Below, piece after piece: positions 28,765 through 39,600 of a DNA stretch of 64,000 nucleotides (within the stretch, counting starts at the first letter, position 1; the number at the start of each line of letters is the position of its first letter). The notes under the pieces are model-generated. The model saw nothing but the letters and a program-made list of their open reading frames with translations. It searched no databases and had not been told where the DNA came from. A program made the position numbers and the translations under genes. Source of the DNA: an uncultured Ignavibacterium sp. (lineage in GTDB: Bacteria > Bacteroidota > Ignavibacteria > Ignavibacteriales > Ignavibacteriaceae); assembly GCA_964436775.1 (NCBI GenBank), contig CAYTEN010000001.1:27261-91260 (forward strand). Reading direction: 5' to 3'.

Positions 28765-28836
28765 TGTCCTATGGTGTAATTGGCAACACGCAACACTCTG
28801 GATGTTGAGTTTAAGGTTCGAGTCCTTATAGGACAA
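28765..28836 (+). tRNA. tRNA-Gln (anticodon CTG)
   Basis: Acceptor TGTCCTA/TAGGACA (U1-A72), anticodon stem CAACA/TGTTG with loop CTCTGGA, T-arm TAAGG-TTCGAGT-CCTTA. Confidence 0.9.
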
Positions 28837-28911
28837 CAAATCAATTGACAATGTATAATTCACAATTAAGAAAATTGTTAATTGCAAATTTTCAATTATT
28901 AATTTTACACT

Positions 28912-28985
28912 GGCGCGTTCGTCTAGTGGCTTAGGACACCGCCCTCTCAAGGCGGGGATCACGGGTTCGAATCCCGTACGCGCTA
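28912..28985 (+). tRNA. tRNA-Glu (anticodon CTC)
   Basis: Acceptor GGCGCGT/ACGCGCT, D-arm GTCTAGTGGCTTAGGAC typical of tRNA-Glu, anticodon stem CCGCC/GGCGG with loop CTCTCAA, T-arm ACGGG-TTCGAAT-CCCGT. Confidence 0.9.
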
Positions 28986-29021
28986 CAAAATTAAATTATT
29001 TTCATTTTTGATTGGTAACTA

Positions 29022-29116
29022 TCATTTCGAGTGAGCCCGTCCGTCCGGTAGGCGGGTCTGCGAACGAGAAATCTAATGTCGAAAATTATTAAGATTTCTC
29101 CTTTCGATCGAAATGA
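29022..29116. repeat. Palindromic GC-rich intergenic element, copy B (TCATTTCGA / GAGAAATCT / 17 nt / AGATTTCTC / TCGAAATGA)
   Basis: Outer arms 29022..29030 and 29108..29116, inner arms 29066..29074 and 29092..29100. GC-rich insert 'CCCGTCCGTCCGGTAGGCGGGTCTGCG' in the 5' arm. Related to copy A at 471..564. Confidence 0.5.
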
Positions 29117-29179
29117 CGAAAGAAGTTTTATTGTCTTTCCAAATTTATTTAGGAATCTTTTTTTATTAGAAATTATAAA

Positions 29180-29229
29180 AGCTGAAACAATTTCAGCTTG
29201 ACAACCAGAAGGCTATTTAAATAGCCTTT
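29180..29229 (+). terminator. Two tandem hairpins (possible terminator of the tRNA transcript, or an operator)
   Basis: 'AGCTGAAA-CAA-TTTCAGCT' (29180..29198) and the 20-nt perfect palindrome 'AAGGCTATTTAAATAGCCTT' (29209..29228), followed by T-rich 'TCTTTATTTT'. Confidence 0.4.
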
Positions 29230-29245
29230 CTTTATTTTAGACATT

Positions 29246-29590
29246 ATGAAGAGATTTAATAAGCATATTTTTATTTGTGAAAACAAAAGACCGGAGGGAC
29301 ATCCGCGCGGATGTTGTTCCGATAAAGGAAGTGCAGAAATTCGCGAACATTTCAAAACTCGCTTAAAAGAACTTGGGTTGAATACAGATGTAAGAGCTAA
29401 CGCTTCTGGCTGTCTTGATGCTTGCGAATTTGGTGTCTCAGTTGTGATTTATCCTGAACAGATTTGGTACGGTGGTGTTACAAAAGATGATGTTGAAGAA
29501 ATAATTCAGTCTCATATCATAGATAACAAACCATTAGATAGATTAAAAATAAATCATCCAAGATATAATAAAGATGTCTTTAAAGACTGA
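29246..29590 (+). CDS. Thioredoxin-like [2Fe-2S] ferredoxin domain protein
   Basis: 'HIFICENKRPEGHPRGCCSDKGS' and 'ASGCLDACEFGVSVVIYPEQIWYG' match the (2Fe-2S) ferredoxin-like family pattern. Confidence 0.8.
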   Translation: MKRFNKHIFICENKRPEGHPRGCCSDKGSAEIREHFKTRLKELGLNTDVRANASGCLDACEFGVSVVIYPEQIWYGGVTKDDVEEIIQSHIIDNKPLDRLKINHPRYNKDVFKD

Positions 29591-30242
29591 TAAAGAATTT
29601 GCTAAAAAAGTTTTTGATATTCTAAAAAAGCAGTATCCCAAAGTTAAACCGGCTTTAGAATATTCAAATCCATTTGAGTTATTAATTTCTACTATTCTAT
29701 CTGCACAATGCACGGATGAGAGAGTGAACATTGTAACCAATAAGTTATTTAGAAAATATCACTCTCCAAAAGATTTTGTAAATATTAGTAATGAAGAATT
29801 GGAGAAAGATATTTTTTCAACAGGATTTTATAGACAAAAAGCAAAAAGCATTAAAGCTTGTTGCGCAGAATTAATAAAAAACCATAATGGCAGAGTTCCC
29901 GCAGATTTTGATGAGTTGGTCAAACTGCAGGGGGTTGGAAGAAAAACAGCTTCTGTTGTTGCAGGGAATGCTTTTAGCATTCCAGCGATTGCGGTTGATA
30001 CACACGTAAAAAGATTATCAAATCTTTTAGGCTTTATTGATTCAACGAATCCCGATAAAATTGAAATACGCTTAAAAGAATTGCTTCCGAAAGGTTACTG
30101 GATTAACGCATCTCACTGGTTAGCAACACATGGAAGAAAAATTTGTATAGCAAACAGACCAAAATGTTTGGAGTGTGTTTTAGCAGATCTTTGCCCAAGT
30201 TACAATCCACAATCAAAAAAAGATAGGGCGGTAAATGGATGA
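29574..30242 (+). CDS. nth: Endonuclease III
   Basis: 'LISTILSAQCTD', HhH-GPD 'LVKLQGVGRKTASVV', 'AVDTHVKR', and the FeS cluster loop 'CIANRPKCLECVLADLC'. Confidence 0.95.
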   Translation: MSLKTDKEFAKKVFDILKKQYPKVKPALEYSNPFELLISTILSAQCTDERVNIVTNKLFRKYHSPKDFVNISNEELEKDIFSTGFYRQKAKSIKACCAELIKNHNGRVPADFDELVKLQGVGRKTASVVAGNAFSIPAIAVDTHVKRLSNLLGFIDSTNPDKIEIRLKELLPKGYWINASHWLATHGRKICIANRPKCLECVLADLCPSYNPQSKKDRAVNG

Positions 30243-30798
30243 TTCAAGAAACAGAGAATATTGTTTATCAATATTACAAGAGCACACGAAAAGCGACAGC
30301 TTGTTAAAGCACTCTTATGCTGTAGAATCTTGTGTGAGAGCTTACGCTGAAAAGTTTAATGAAGATGTTGAGTATTGGGGTAATGTCGCACTGCTTCATG
30401 ACTTTGATTATGAGAAATTTCCAACTGCTGAAGAACATCCATTTAAAGGAGCTGAGATTTTAAAGGAAAAAGGATTTGATGATATTTTTGTGAAATCAAT
30501 TCTTTCTCACGCAGATTATAGCGGTGAACCACGAGATACTTTACTCAAAAAAGTTTTATTTGCCTGCGACGAAATAGCAGGATTCATAACTGCAGTTACC
30601 TATGTACGTCCATCAAAATCCATAAGTGAGGTTGAGTTAAAGTCGGTTAAAAAGAAAATGAAAGATAAAGCGTTTGCCAAAGCAGTTAGTCGAGACGATA
30701 TAATAAATGGTGCTGACGGTTTAGGTATTCCTCTTGATGAGCATATTCAATTTTGTATTGATGCTATGAAGAAAAATAAAGATGAACTTGGTTTATGA
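30235..30798 (+). CDS. HD/HDIG-domain metal-dependent phosphohydrolase
   Basis: 'LLKHSYAVE' and 'ALLHDFDYE' give an H...HD signature. Confidence 0.75.
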   Translation: MDDSRNREYCLSILQEHTKSDSLLKHSYAVESCVRAYAEKFNEDVEYWGNVALLHDFDYEKFPTAEEHPFKGAEILKEKGFDDIFVKSILSHADYSGEPRDTLLKKVLFACDEIAGFITAVTYVRPSKSISEVELKSVKKKMKDKAFAKAVSRDDIINGADGLGIPLDEHIQFCIDAMKKNKDELGL

Positions 30799-31244
30799 AA
30801 GTTGGTGATTTAGTAGATAATTTTAAATTAACTGATCAGATTGGAAATCAATTTGATTTGTATCAAAATTTGGACAAACATGTTTTACTTGTCTTTTATC
30901 CAAAAGACAACTCTTTGGTTTGCACAAAACAACTAGTTGATTATTCTTCGAATCGTCAGGAATTAATTAAGTATAATGTAAAAATTATTGGGATAAATAT
31001 AGAACCTATAGAATCTCATAAATTATTCTGTAATAGAAAAAACATTAATTTCCCTATTTTAAGTGACTCTGATAAAAAAGTTAGCCGACAATTTGATGCT
31101 TTAAATCTTTTAGGGCAAAATAAACGAAAATTGGTTCTTATGGGGAATAATAAAAAAATTAAATTTGTCCGATCATCAGCCTCTATTTTCTACTTGAACA
31201 CACAACAATTGCTAGAGGAATTTAAAATAGCGCAACTAATATAA
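30795..31244 (+). CDS. Peroxiredoxin-like (AhpC/TSA, Bcp-type) protein
   Basis: 'LVFYPKDNSLVCTKQL', 'IIGINIEPIESHKLF', 'FPILSDSDKKV'. Confidence 0.7.
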   Translation: MKVGDLVDNFKLTDQIGNQFDLYQNLDKHVLLVFYPKDNSLVCTKQLVDYSSNRQELIKYNVKIIGINIEPIESHKLFCNRKNINFPILSDSDKKVSRQFDALNLLGQNKRKLVLMGNNKKIKFVRSSASIFYLNTQQLLEEFKIAQLI

Positions 31245-31367
31245 AGACTTGACTCTTTGCTATGTATGTGCCTAATTTTGCATAAAAATAAGGAGAGAGT
31301 TTAGAGGTTTTTGCTACATAGCTGAAAAGGTTTATAAATTAAATTATCTGTCATTAGCCTAATTGAA

Positions 31368-34300
31368 ATGAAAAGCAAAATCTCTTTATTTTTTCTTTTG
31401 ATATCTGCATCATTCCTATCTGCACAGGAAGATATAAAAGTCTTATCTTCAAGTTTCAACTCAGTTACAATCGAATATTCTCCAATTTATGTTGATACTT
31501 CTATAGTTAAAACTGATAATGGAGATTTTAGAAAAGTTGAAATATTAGATGGTGCAATTGATAATTCAAAAAATTGGGGTCTGCCTGCTATTCCTAAACG
31601 AAAAATTAGCGTTGGAGTACCAACCGAGTTTGGAAATATTATTGAGGTTTTATCTTCGGCTTATAAAGAGTTTTCCGGGCAGGTTATTCCAATACCATAT
31701 TTACAACCCGATTCTCAATTTTTTTCATACATTTACAAGAAAAATTCAAATTATTCATCTTTCAATTCTAATGCAGACTTAATATCATTCGGTGAGTTTG
31801 GTTTGTTGCGAGATGTCAATACACAAATTGTTGAGGTTTCTCCCGTAAAGTTTGATGCCTCACTCAATAAAATTAAGCTGTACACCAAAATAGTTTTTAG
31901 AATAAACTTTGGTAACACGGCCACAATTAGCGGCCAGCCAGCAGATGATTTGATAAATGGAGTTCTTGTAAATTATAATGTTGCAAAGTATTGGAATAAA
32001 AATAACACAAATCTTAAAAAAGCTGCCATAACAAATAGTGTACTTTCAGCAGGGAAATGGGTAAGATTTGAGGCGCCTGAAGAAGGGATGTATAAAATTT
32101 CAAGAACAGCGTTATCTACTTTTGGTATTGATCCAAACACAGTTGATCCGAGAACAATAAAAATTTATAATAATGGCGGTAAAACTTTACCGGAAAATAT
32201 AAACTCTTCCCGCCCCATTGATCTTGTAGAAAACGCGATCCAAGTTGTGGGAGAAGAAGATGGCAAATTTGATGATAACGATTATATAATTTTTTATGGC
32301 AGAGGAAGCAGTTTTTGGGATTATGATACTGATGGCACAACGATTACGAGATTTTTTCATCCTTACTCAAAAGTTAATTATTATTGGATTACATCCGGTG
32401 GCGTTAACGGCAAAAGAATAGTCGATAAACCCGGATTGAATACAACGCCTTCGAATACTCAGACTACAACAAAAGCCTTTGCATTCTGGGAAGAAGATAA
32501 AATAAACTTAGGTAAATCTGGTCGTCAATTCCTAGGTGATGATTTTTCTCAATCTGTTAATGCTAGAACTTATATGAATAAACTTGATGGAAGAGTAGCT
32601 ACTTTTCCTATTAGTTATAATTTATATTTTGTGATCGGTTCATCCAGCGGTATGACTCTGACAGTGTCAGAGAATGGCAATCAAATATTTTCACAGAATC
32701 TTAATGGATATGGGACAGCCCCTTATACAGCTGGTTATTCATATTCACGATCGTTTAACTTTAATGGTGATCTGCCTGATAATAGAAGTGTGCTTAGCTT
32801 AAAAGTTTCACCCTCCTCCAATTCAGCCATTGGTTATCTAGGCTATTTCACAATTCAGTACGAAAAAGAATTGAAAGCCTTTGGTGATAATCTTTTATTC
32901 TTTTCCAATCCTATGTCAGGAATTATTGAGTACGATTTAAATGGATTCAGTTCATCTGATATTAAAGTATATGACATTACAAATTATTCGGATGTAAAAC
33001 TTGTTACAAGTTATTCAGTTTTAAGTGGAGGGGATTGTAGATTTCAATTTGATGAAATATCCAATCAGAGATCAAAATATTATGCTGTTGGCAGTGGTGC
33101 TTTTAAAACACCAATCAACCCGGTAGAAGTACAAAATTCCAACTTAAGAGGAGAACCCACTGGCGCAAAGTTTCTAATAATTACTAACAAAAATTTTAAC
33201 GATGCTGCAAACAGTCTTAAAACTTATAAGGAAAACCAAGCTCCGGTAACAATTTCAACTTATGTTGCAGATGTTGATCAGATTTTCAATGAGTTTTCGT
33301 CTGGGATAATGGATCCTACAGCTGTACGCGATTATATAAAATATGCTTTTGACAACTGGCAGATTAAACCACAATTTGTCTTATTATTTGGTAAAGGAAC
33401 TTACGACTATAAAGATGTAGAAGGCTATGGTGATAATTTTGTTCCCACTTGGCAATCCATCGAATCACTTGCACTGATTGATTCATATACAACAGATGAT
33501 TTCTTTGTGCGCGTTTCGGGCACTGATCCGCTTGTAGATCTTTCCCTTGGAAGAATCACTTGTCGGTCAGCCGAGGAAGCAAACGCTATTGTAAATAAAA
33601 TTAAAGACTATGAATTAAATCAGCAGAAGGGCAATTGGAGAAATTTAATAACATTAATTGCTGATGACGGATATACTTCTACAACTTATGAAGGAGCTGA
33701 ACATACTGCTCCATCAGAAGATCTTGCCAGAACTTATTTCCCTAAATCTTTTGATATAAATAAAATTTATAGTGCTGCTTACCCAGATGTTTTAACCGGT
33801 CAAGGAAGACGAAAGCCAACTGTAAATCAAGCGATAATTAATGCGATGAATGATGGGACACTTTTTGTAAATTATATCGGGCACGGAAGCCCTGAGCTTT
33901 GGGCGCATGAAGTAGTTTTTGAGAAGAGCGTATCAATTCCACAATTAAAAAATGATAAATATTTTTTCCTTTGTGCTGCTACTTGTGATTTTGGATATTT
34001 TGATATTCCTAATTTCCAAAGTGCTGCAGAAGCAATGATGTTTTTACCGAACTCAGGAGCCATAGCTTCATTTACAGCAGCTAGGTTAGTTTACTCCGGG
34101 TATAACCATTTACTTAATAATATTTTGGTACAAGCTTTATTTAATTCTGGCCGAGATACTCTAAATTTGGGAATTCCTATTGGAAAAGCTTCATTTATGG
34201 CAAAACAGGTTAGATATGATGTAAATGATCAAAAGTACAATATTTTTGGAGATCCAACACTAAGATTATTAGTTCCACAGTATTCAGCTAATATCGATTC

Positions 34301-35342
34301 TGTAAATGGCCAAGCGCTATCAGCAAACATTCAGATAAAGGCATTAAGTAAATCAAAGATTGAGGGACGAATTTTAAGACCTGACAACACAACGTGGGAT
34401 GATTTTAATGGCGAAGGGTTATTAACCTTTTTTGATTCTGAAAGAACAGTACTTCTTGAACAGATTGGCAATTACCCTGTAACTGTTCAAGGCGGAGTAA
34501 TTTTTAATGGAAGAGTTTCAATTAATAACGGAAAATTTTCTACTGAATTTGTTGTTCCTAAAGATATATCATACGAAAATAAAAATGGTAAAATTATTTT
34601 TTACTTCTTAAATAGTTCTGTTGATGGACTTGGTTTTACAGATAAAGTACTTGTTGGTGGAACCGATAGTTCTGTAGTTAATGATGGTAAAGGTCCTTCG
34701 ATAGAAATATTTTTTGATAACGTTGCATATTCTAATGCATATCTTGTTAATTCAGATCCAAATCTTATAGTAAAACTTTCTGATGAAACCGGACTTAACA
34801 CAACCGGAACAGGAGTCGGACACAAGCTTGAAGGAATATTAAATCAGCAATCAACTGATCCTATAGATTTTACAAATTATTTTAAAGGAGATCTTGATGC
34901 AGATGGTAAAGCTGGTAAAATCAACTATAAGTTTAATAATTTAGGATCAGGTGAATATCAACTCTTAGTTAAGGCTTGGGATGTGTTCAATAATTTTTCG
35001 GAAGAAAATACATTCTTTAGTGTTGTTGAAGACAATGATCTTACAATCAGAGATATTTATAATTACCCTAATCCATTCAGGGAGAAAACCCAATTTACAT
35101 TCCAGCATAACCTTTCAAAACCAATTGATGTTAAAATTAAAGTATATACTATTGCTGGTAGGTTAATTAAAGAAATTGAAAAGGTAAATTTGAACGAAAA
35201 ATTTGTTGTTGTTGATTGGGATGGACGCGATACTGATGGTGACCAATTAGCAAACGGCACTTATCTATACAAAATCATTGTTAAATCTTCTGATGGTGAA
35301 TTTCAAAAAAGTGTTTTAGGCAAATTAGCTGTAATAAGATAA
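31368..35342 (+). CDS. porU: Type IX secretion system sortase PorU (C25 gingipain-like peptidase)
   Basis: C25-type catalytic His/Cys contexts 'VNYIGHGSPELWAHE' and 'FFLCAATCDFGYFD'. C-terminal Por_Secre_tail 'YNYPNPFREKTQFTF...GTYLYKIIVKS'. Immediately upstream of porV, as in Bacteroidota. Confidence 0.8.
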   Translation: MKSKISLFFLLISASFLSAQEDIKVLSSSFNSVTIEYSPIYVDTSIVKTDNGDFRKVEILDGAIDNSKNWGLPAIPKRKISVGVPTEFGNIIEVLSSAYKEFSGQVIPIPYLQPDSQFFSYIYKKNSNYSSFNSNADLISFGEFGLLRDVNTQIVEVSPVKFDASLNKIKLYTKIVFRINFGNTATISGQPADDLINGVLVNYNVAKYWNKNNTNLKKAAITNSVLSAGKWVRFEAPEEGMYKISRTALSTFGIDPNTVDPRTIKIYNNGGKTLPENINSSRPIDLVENAIQVVGEEDGKFDDNDYIIFYGRGSSFWDYDTDGTTITRFFHPYSKVNYYWITSGGVNGKRIVDKPGLNTTPSNTQTTTKAFAFWEEDKINLGKSGRQFLGDDFSQSVNARTYMNKLDGRVATFPISYNLYFVIGSSSGMTLTVSENGNQIFSQNLNGYGTAPYTAGYSYSRSFNFNGDLPDNRSVLSLKVSPSSNSAIGYLGYFTIQYEKELKAFGDNLLFFSNPMSGIIEYDLNGFSSSDIKVYDITNYSDVKLVTSYSVLSGGDCRFQFDEISNQRSKYYAVGSGAFKTPINPVEVQNSNLRGEPTGAKFLIITNKNFNDAANSLKTYKENQAPVTISTYVADVDQIFNEFSSGIMDPTAVRDYIKYAFDNWQIKPQFVLLFGKGTYDYKDVEGYGDNFVPTWQSIESLALIDSYTTDDFFVRVSGTDPLVDLSLGRITCRSAEEANAIVNKIKDYELNQQKGNWRNLITLIADDGYTSTTYEGAEHTAPSEDLARTYFPKSFDINKIYSAAYPDVLTGQGRRKPTVNQAIINAMNDGTLFVNYIGHGSPELWAHEVVFEKSVSIPQLKNDKYFFLCAATCDFGYFDIPNFQSAAEAMMFLPNSGAIASFTAARLVYSGYNHLLNNILVQALFNSGRDTLNLGIPIGKASFMAKQVRYDVNDQKYNIFGDPTLRLLVPQYSANIDSVNGQALSANIQIKALSKSKIEGRILRPDNTTWDDFNGEGLLTFFDSERTVLLEQIGNYPVTVQGGVIFNGRVSINNGKFSTEFVVPKDISYENKNGKIIFYFLNSSVDGLGFTDKVLVGGTDSSVVNDGKGPSIEIFFDNVAYSNAYLVNSDPNLIVKLSDETGLNTTGTGVGHKLEGILNQQSTDPIDFTNYFKGDLDADGKAGKINYKFNNLGSGEYQLLVKAWDVFNNFSEENTFFSVVEDNDLTIRDIYNYPNPFREKTQFTFQHNLSKPIDVKIKVYTIAGRLIKEIEKVNLNEKFVVVDWDGRDTDGDQLANGTYLYKIIVKSSDGEFQKSVLGKLAVIR

Positions 35343-35451
35343 GTTATTACTAAAAAAATGGGTTTCTTGTAATTGTTCTTTTATATATTTAACTCTTAAA
35401 ATCGAATTAAAAAAAGATTAACATATAATTATATATTTCGGAGGAAATAAA

Positions 35452-36645
35452 ATGAAAATAATTCTTAGGCTAATGATGATCAGCATGTTGTTCGGCTTAT
35501 TGGGTGCTGTATCGTATGGACAAGGTGAATCTGCTGTTCCATTTCTGTTACTAGCTCCCGATTCACGCGCCGGTGGTCTAGGTGAATCTGGTACCGGTCT
35601 AGCAGATAATTCTTCTGCTATTTTTTGGAATCCTGCAGGAATTGCATTTCAAACTGGAACAGAGGTTAGCATTACGCATAGTAATTGGTTACCCCAATTT
35701 AATCTGGATTTATTCTACGACTACCTTACCTATAAGCAATATATTGAAGAGTTGAGTGGAAGTATTACTGGTAGCATAACTTATATGAATTTTGGTGAAT
35801 TTGTAAGAACAGGCGAGAATGATCCAACACCGCTTGGAACATTTAGATCATTTGATGCAGCTCTTACACTTGGTTATGCAACAAAGGTTTCTTCTGATTG
35901 GGGATTGGGGCTTAATTTTAGAATAATTCATAGCCGTTTATCAGATCAAGGTGTTGGTGAAGAAAAAGGGCAAGGTGTAGCAACTTCTGTAAGCTTTGAT
36001 GTTGCTACGATGTGGAGACCGGATAAATTTGTTATACCACTCATCGATGAAGATATTGGTAATAAAATAAGTCTTGGTATTAATCTAAGCAATTTGGGTC
36101 CAAAAATTTATTATATAGATAAAGCTCAAGCTGACCCTATCCCAACTAATTTCCGGTTAGGTTTTGCATATAAAGTAATATCTGATGAATTCAATAGTTT
36201 GATCTATACATTGGATTTTAGCAAACTTCTTGTAAACAAAACTACAACCCAGGTAATTTCCGGTACAGATACTTCAACAGTTTCTCATTCAGATGAATGG
36301 TACAAAGCTATATTTACAGCTTGGGGCAATAAACCATTTCGAGAAGAACTAAGAGACATTGTAACTTCAATGGGACTAGAATACTGGTATGGAACTCCAG
36401 GTGATTTTCTTTTTGCTTTAAGAACAGGGTTCTTTTATGAAGATCCATCTTATGGAAATAGAAAATTTGTTACTTTCGGTGCCGGTATTAGATATGACAT
36501 TTACGGTTTTGATTTCAGTTACATTACAACATCAGTTTTTAAAGGTGGAGAAAACCATCCGCTATCGGACACTTTGAGATTTACTGTACTAATTGGTTGG
36601 GGTGCTGTTCCGGAATCAACCGGAGGATTGCCAAGGGGAATCTAA
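35452..36645 (+). CDS. porV: T9SS outer-membrane shuttle/channel protein PorV (LptO)
   Basis: Signal peptide then 'ESAVPFLLLAPDSRAGGLGESGTGLADNSSAIFWNPAGIAF', the characteristic PorV/PorQ N-terminal motif. Beta-barrel strands end in an aromatic-rich C-terminus. Confidence 0.85.
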   Translation: MKIILRLMMISMLFGLLGAVSYGQGESAVPFLLLAPDSRAGGLGESGTGLADNSSAIFWNPAGIAFQTGTEVSITHSNWLPQFNLDLFYDYLTYKQYIEELSGSITGSITYMNFGEFVRTGENDPTPLGTFRSFDAALTLGYATKVSSDWGLGLNFRIIHSRLSDQGVGEEKGQGVATSVSFDVATMWRPDKFVIPLIDEDIGNKISLGINLSNLGPKIYYIDKAQADPIPTNFRLGFAYKVISDEFNSLIYTLDFSKLLVNKTTTQVISGTDTSTVSHSDEWYKAIFTAWGNKPFREELRDIVTSMGLEYWYGTPGDFLFALRTGFFYEDPSYGNRKFVTFGAGIRYDIYGFDFSYITTSVFKGGENHPLSDTLRFTVLIGWGAVPESTGGLPRGI

Positions 36646-36651
36646 TTTAGT

Positions 36652-39600
36652 ATGAATAAAGTTCTTCTTTCCATTGCTGTTTGTATTATTACTTTGGGCA
36701 GTTTATCTGCCCAAAGTTTTGTTGGAAAAATTAATCCTTTCCCAAATCAATCTGTTCAAGCTGCTACTGATGATACAATTAAAATTTTAGCTGTTATGGT
36801 CAACTTTCAGGAAGATCGCGATGGTGCTACGTTTGGCAATGGTAAATTCGGATCTATTTATTCTAAAGATTATAGTAATGATATTCTTGATCCGTTACCG
36901 CACAATAAAGAATATTTTGAATCCCATCTTACATTTGTGAAAAATTATTATCAAAACGTATCAGAAGGTAAAGTTCACCTTTCGTTTACAGTTCTGCCGG
37001 ATACTTTTTCAGTTTCTAAAACTATGAGAAACTTTGCACCCGATATTAATTCTAGTGATTTTACGACACTTGGACAATTCGCGCAAGAAGTTTGGACAAA
37101 AGCTGATCAGATGAATCCTGGTTTTAAATTTTCTGATTATAATGTATTTCTAATTTTTCATGCAGGAGTTGGACGAGATATTTCTTTACCTGGAAGTTTA
37201 GGAAATGAGCGAGATTTACCTTCAGTTTATATAAGTGAAAACTCTCTTAAAAATATTTTTGGACAAAGCTTTGATGGGTTTCCTGTATCAAATGGATCTT
37301 TTAAAATTAAAAACAGCATGGTTATTCCGGAAACAGAAAGTAGAGAACTCGATGGTATTTCAGGAAAAGTTTTATTCGAAATAACAATAAATGGTTTGTT
37401 AGTGGCTAGTGTTGCAAGCCATTTAGGTTTGCCAGATCTTTTTGATACTGCAACAGGATTAAGCGCCATAGGAAGATTTGGTTTGATGGATGGACAAGCC
37501 ATCTTTGCTTATAACGGATGCTTTCCACCAGAGCCATCTGCTTGGGAAAAAATATATTTAGGATGGGCAGAACCTGTTACTGTTAATCCTGGTAATTATG
37601 ATATAGATCTGGTAACAAAATTAGCAGCAACAGTATCCGATACTGTTATTTTAAAAGTGCCTCTAAACTCATCCGAGTATTATTTAATTGAAAACAGACA
37701 GAGGGATGCTTTGAAAGATGGAGCAAAAGTAACTATTAAATCTAACGGTAATAATTTCACAAAAACTTTTCTAAATGATACAACCGGATTTTATAGTTAT
37801 AATACTGACTCGTTGTCAGGTGTGATTGAAGATGTAGATGAATATGATTGGGCTTTGCCTGGCAATGGAATTGTTATTTGGCACATAGATCAAAATGTTA
37901 TCGATGAAAAAATAGCTGACAACAAAATCAATACAAATAAAACAAGACGTGGTGTGGATGTTGAAGAAGCTGACGGTGTGCAGGATATTGGAGAAACCTT
38001 TACAACAATATTTGGTGATCAAGTAGTGGGTGAAGGAACCGCACAAGATTTTTGGTATGCAAACAACAAAGCAAAACTATATAAAAATAGATTTGATAAA
38101 GATACAAGACCAAATACAAACACAAATACTGGCGCAAATAGTTTAATTAGCTTCAATAATTTTTCTTCAATCTCAAACAAAATGTCTTTTAAATTAGAGT
38201 ATGGAGATTCGGTTATTAAACCGATCTTTGCGAAAGAAATTAATTTTCAATATCCAGTTTATAATTTATCCAAAGGATCAAACCCCAACAAAAATCAATT
38301 CTGTTTTTTAGTGGGTACAGATTTAATAATTTTTGAAGATGATACAAAAATAGATTCAATACCCGAATTTTCATCATTCAAGATATCTTCAGTTTACTTC
38401 AATAATACTACCTATTATGTTGGAACTTTAGAAAATAAGCTTAATGTTTTTATGGATAATGGCACTCAACAATATTTATCTCGTTTTTCATTAAATACAG
38501 TAATAGATGCTCCACCATTGATTGTAAAAGATCCTATTGATAATTATAAAATTTTGATTGCAACGGATGATCAAAAAATCATTTCTTATTCGTTAGGCAG
38601 TTTACCATCAAACAATCCAGATACTCTAAGAATTCAAACTTTCCCAACTGATGTTAGGTTCTCTAAAGTAGCTTCAGATGGAAATGAAGTTGTTGCAATT
38701 GGAAGTAATCTTATTAATCTCTATAATCCTTACTCCTTAATTGTTGCAGATGGATTTGAGTATAAATTAAATAATGAAAGATTTATCGACTTAGCTTTAA
38801 GCAAAGATGCGGAGAATAAATCTATTTATGTGGCACTGACTGCTGATAATAATTTTTATATTTTTGTCGATAAAAAACTCTATTCAACTTTTTCATTGCC
38901 ATCATCAGTTCCAATAATTTCATTTTCGCTTGTTGATTTGAAACAAGATGGAAATAATTATATTGTTTTCACAGATGGTAAAAAACTTGAGGCTAGAAAT
39001 TTAACTGGCGCTTCAGCCATCAATTTCCCAAAGTCAGATCCTCAGGGCAATAACTTTGTTGGGACTCCATTGGCTATGGATTTTGAAGGAGGAAATAATG
39101 CTGAGATTATATCTTATACTAAAGATGGGAGAATATTTGCTTTTGATGGCAATACAGGAAAAATTGTAAATGGTTTCCCGATCAGTGTTGGCAATAATAT
39201 TGATGTTATCCCTGTCCTTTTTAATAGTAATAATAAATCATCTTTAGCAGTAATAGACAGTAAAAAATATTTCTCTACATGGAATATCGGATCTACTGTG
39301 GGAACATTATTCTGGGCAGAAGAAAACGACGACAACCAAAATACATCTTTTGTAACTGCTGCAAAAAATTCAAATTTCATAAATCAGTTTTTCCCTACAA
39401 GTCGTGCTTATAATTATCCAAATCCTGTTTATAATGGACAAACAGCAATACGTTATTACGTTGATGAAGATTCTAAAATAAATATTAAAATTTTTGATCT
39501 TGCCGGAGGATTAGTTGCCGAATTAAATAATGAGGCAAGAGGTGGATATGATAATGAAACTATTTGGAAAGTCAGTGATATTCAAAGTGGAGTTTATCTT

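Noticed and set aside
28845-28859. TTGACA ... TATAAT hexamers between tRNA-Gln and tRNA-Glu
   Set aside because: The spacer between the hexamers is only about 3 nt, which is incompatible with a sigma-70 promoter.
31259-31322. 8-bp inverted repeat GCTATGTA / TACATAGC upstream of porU
   Set aside because: A short stem with a ~48-nt spacer. It is not distinguishable from chance and has no supporting context.
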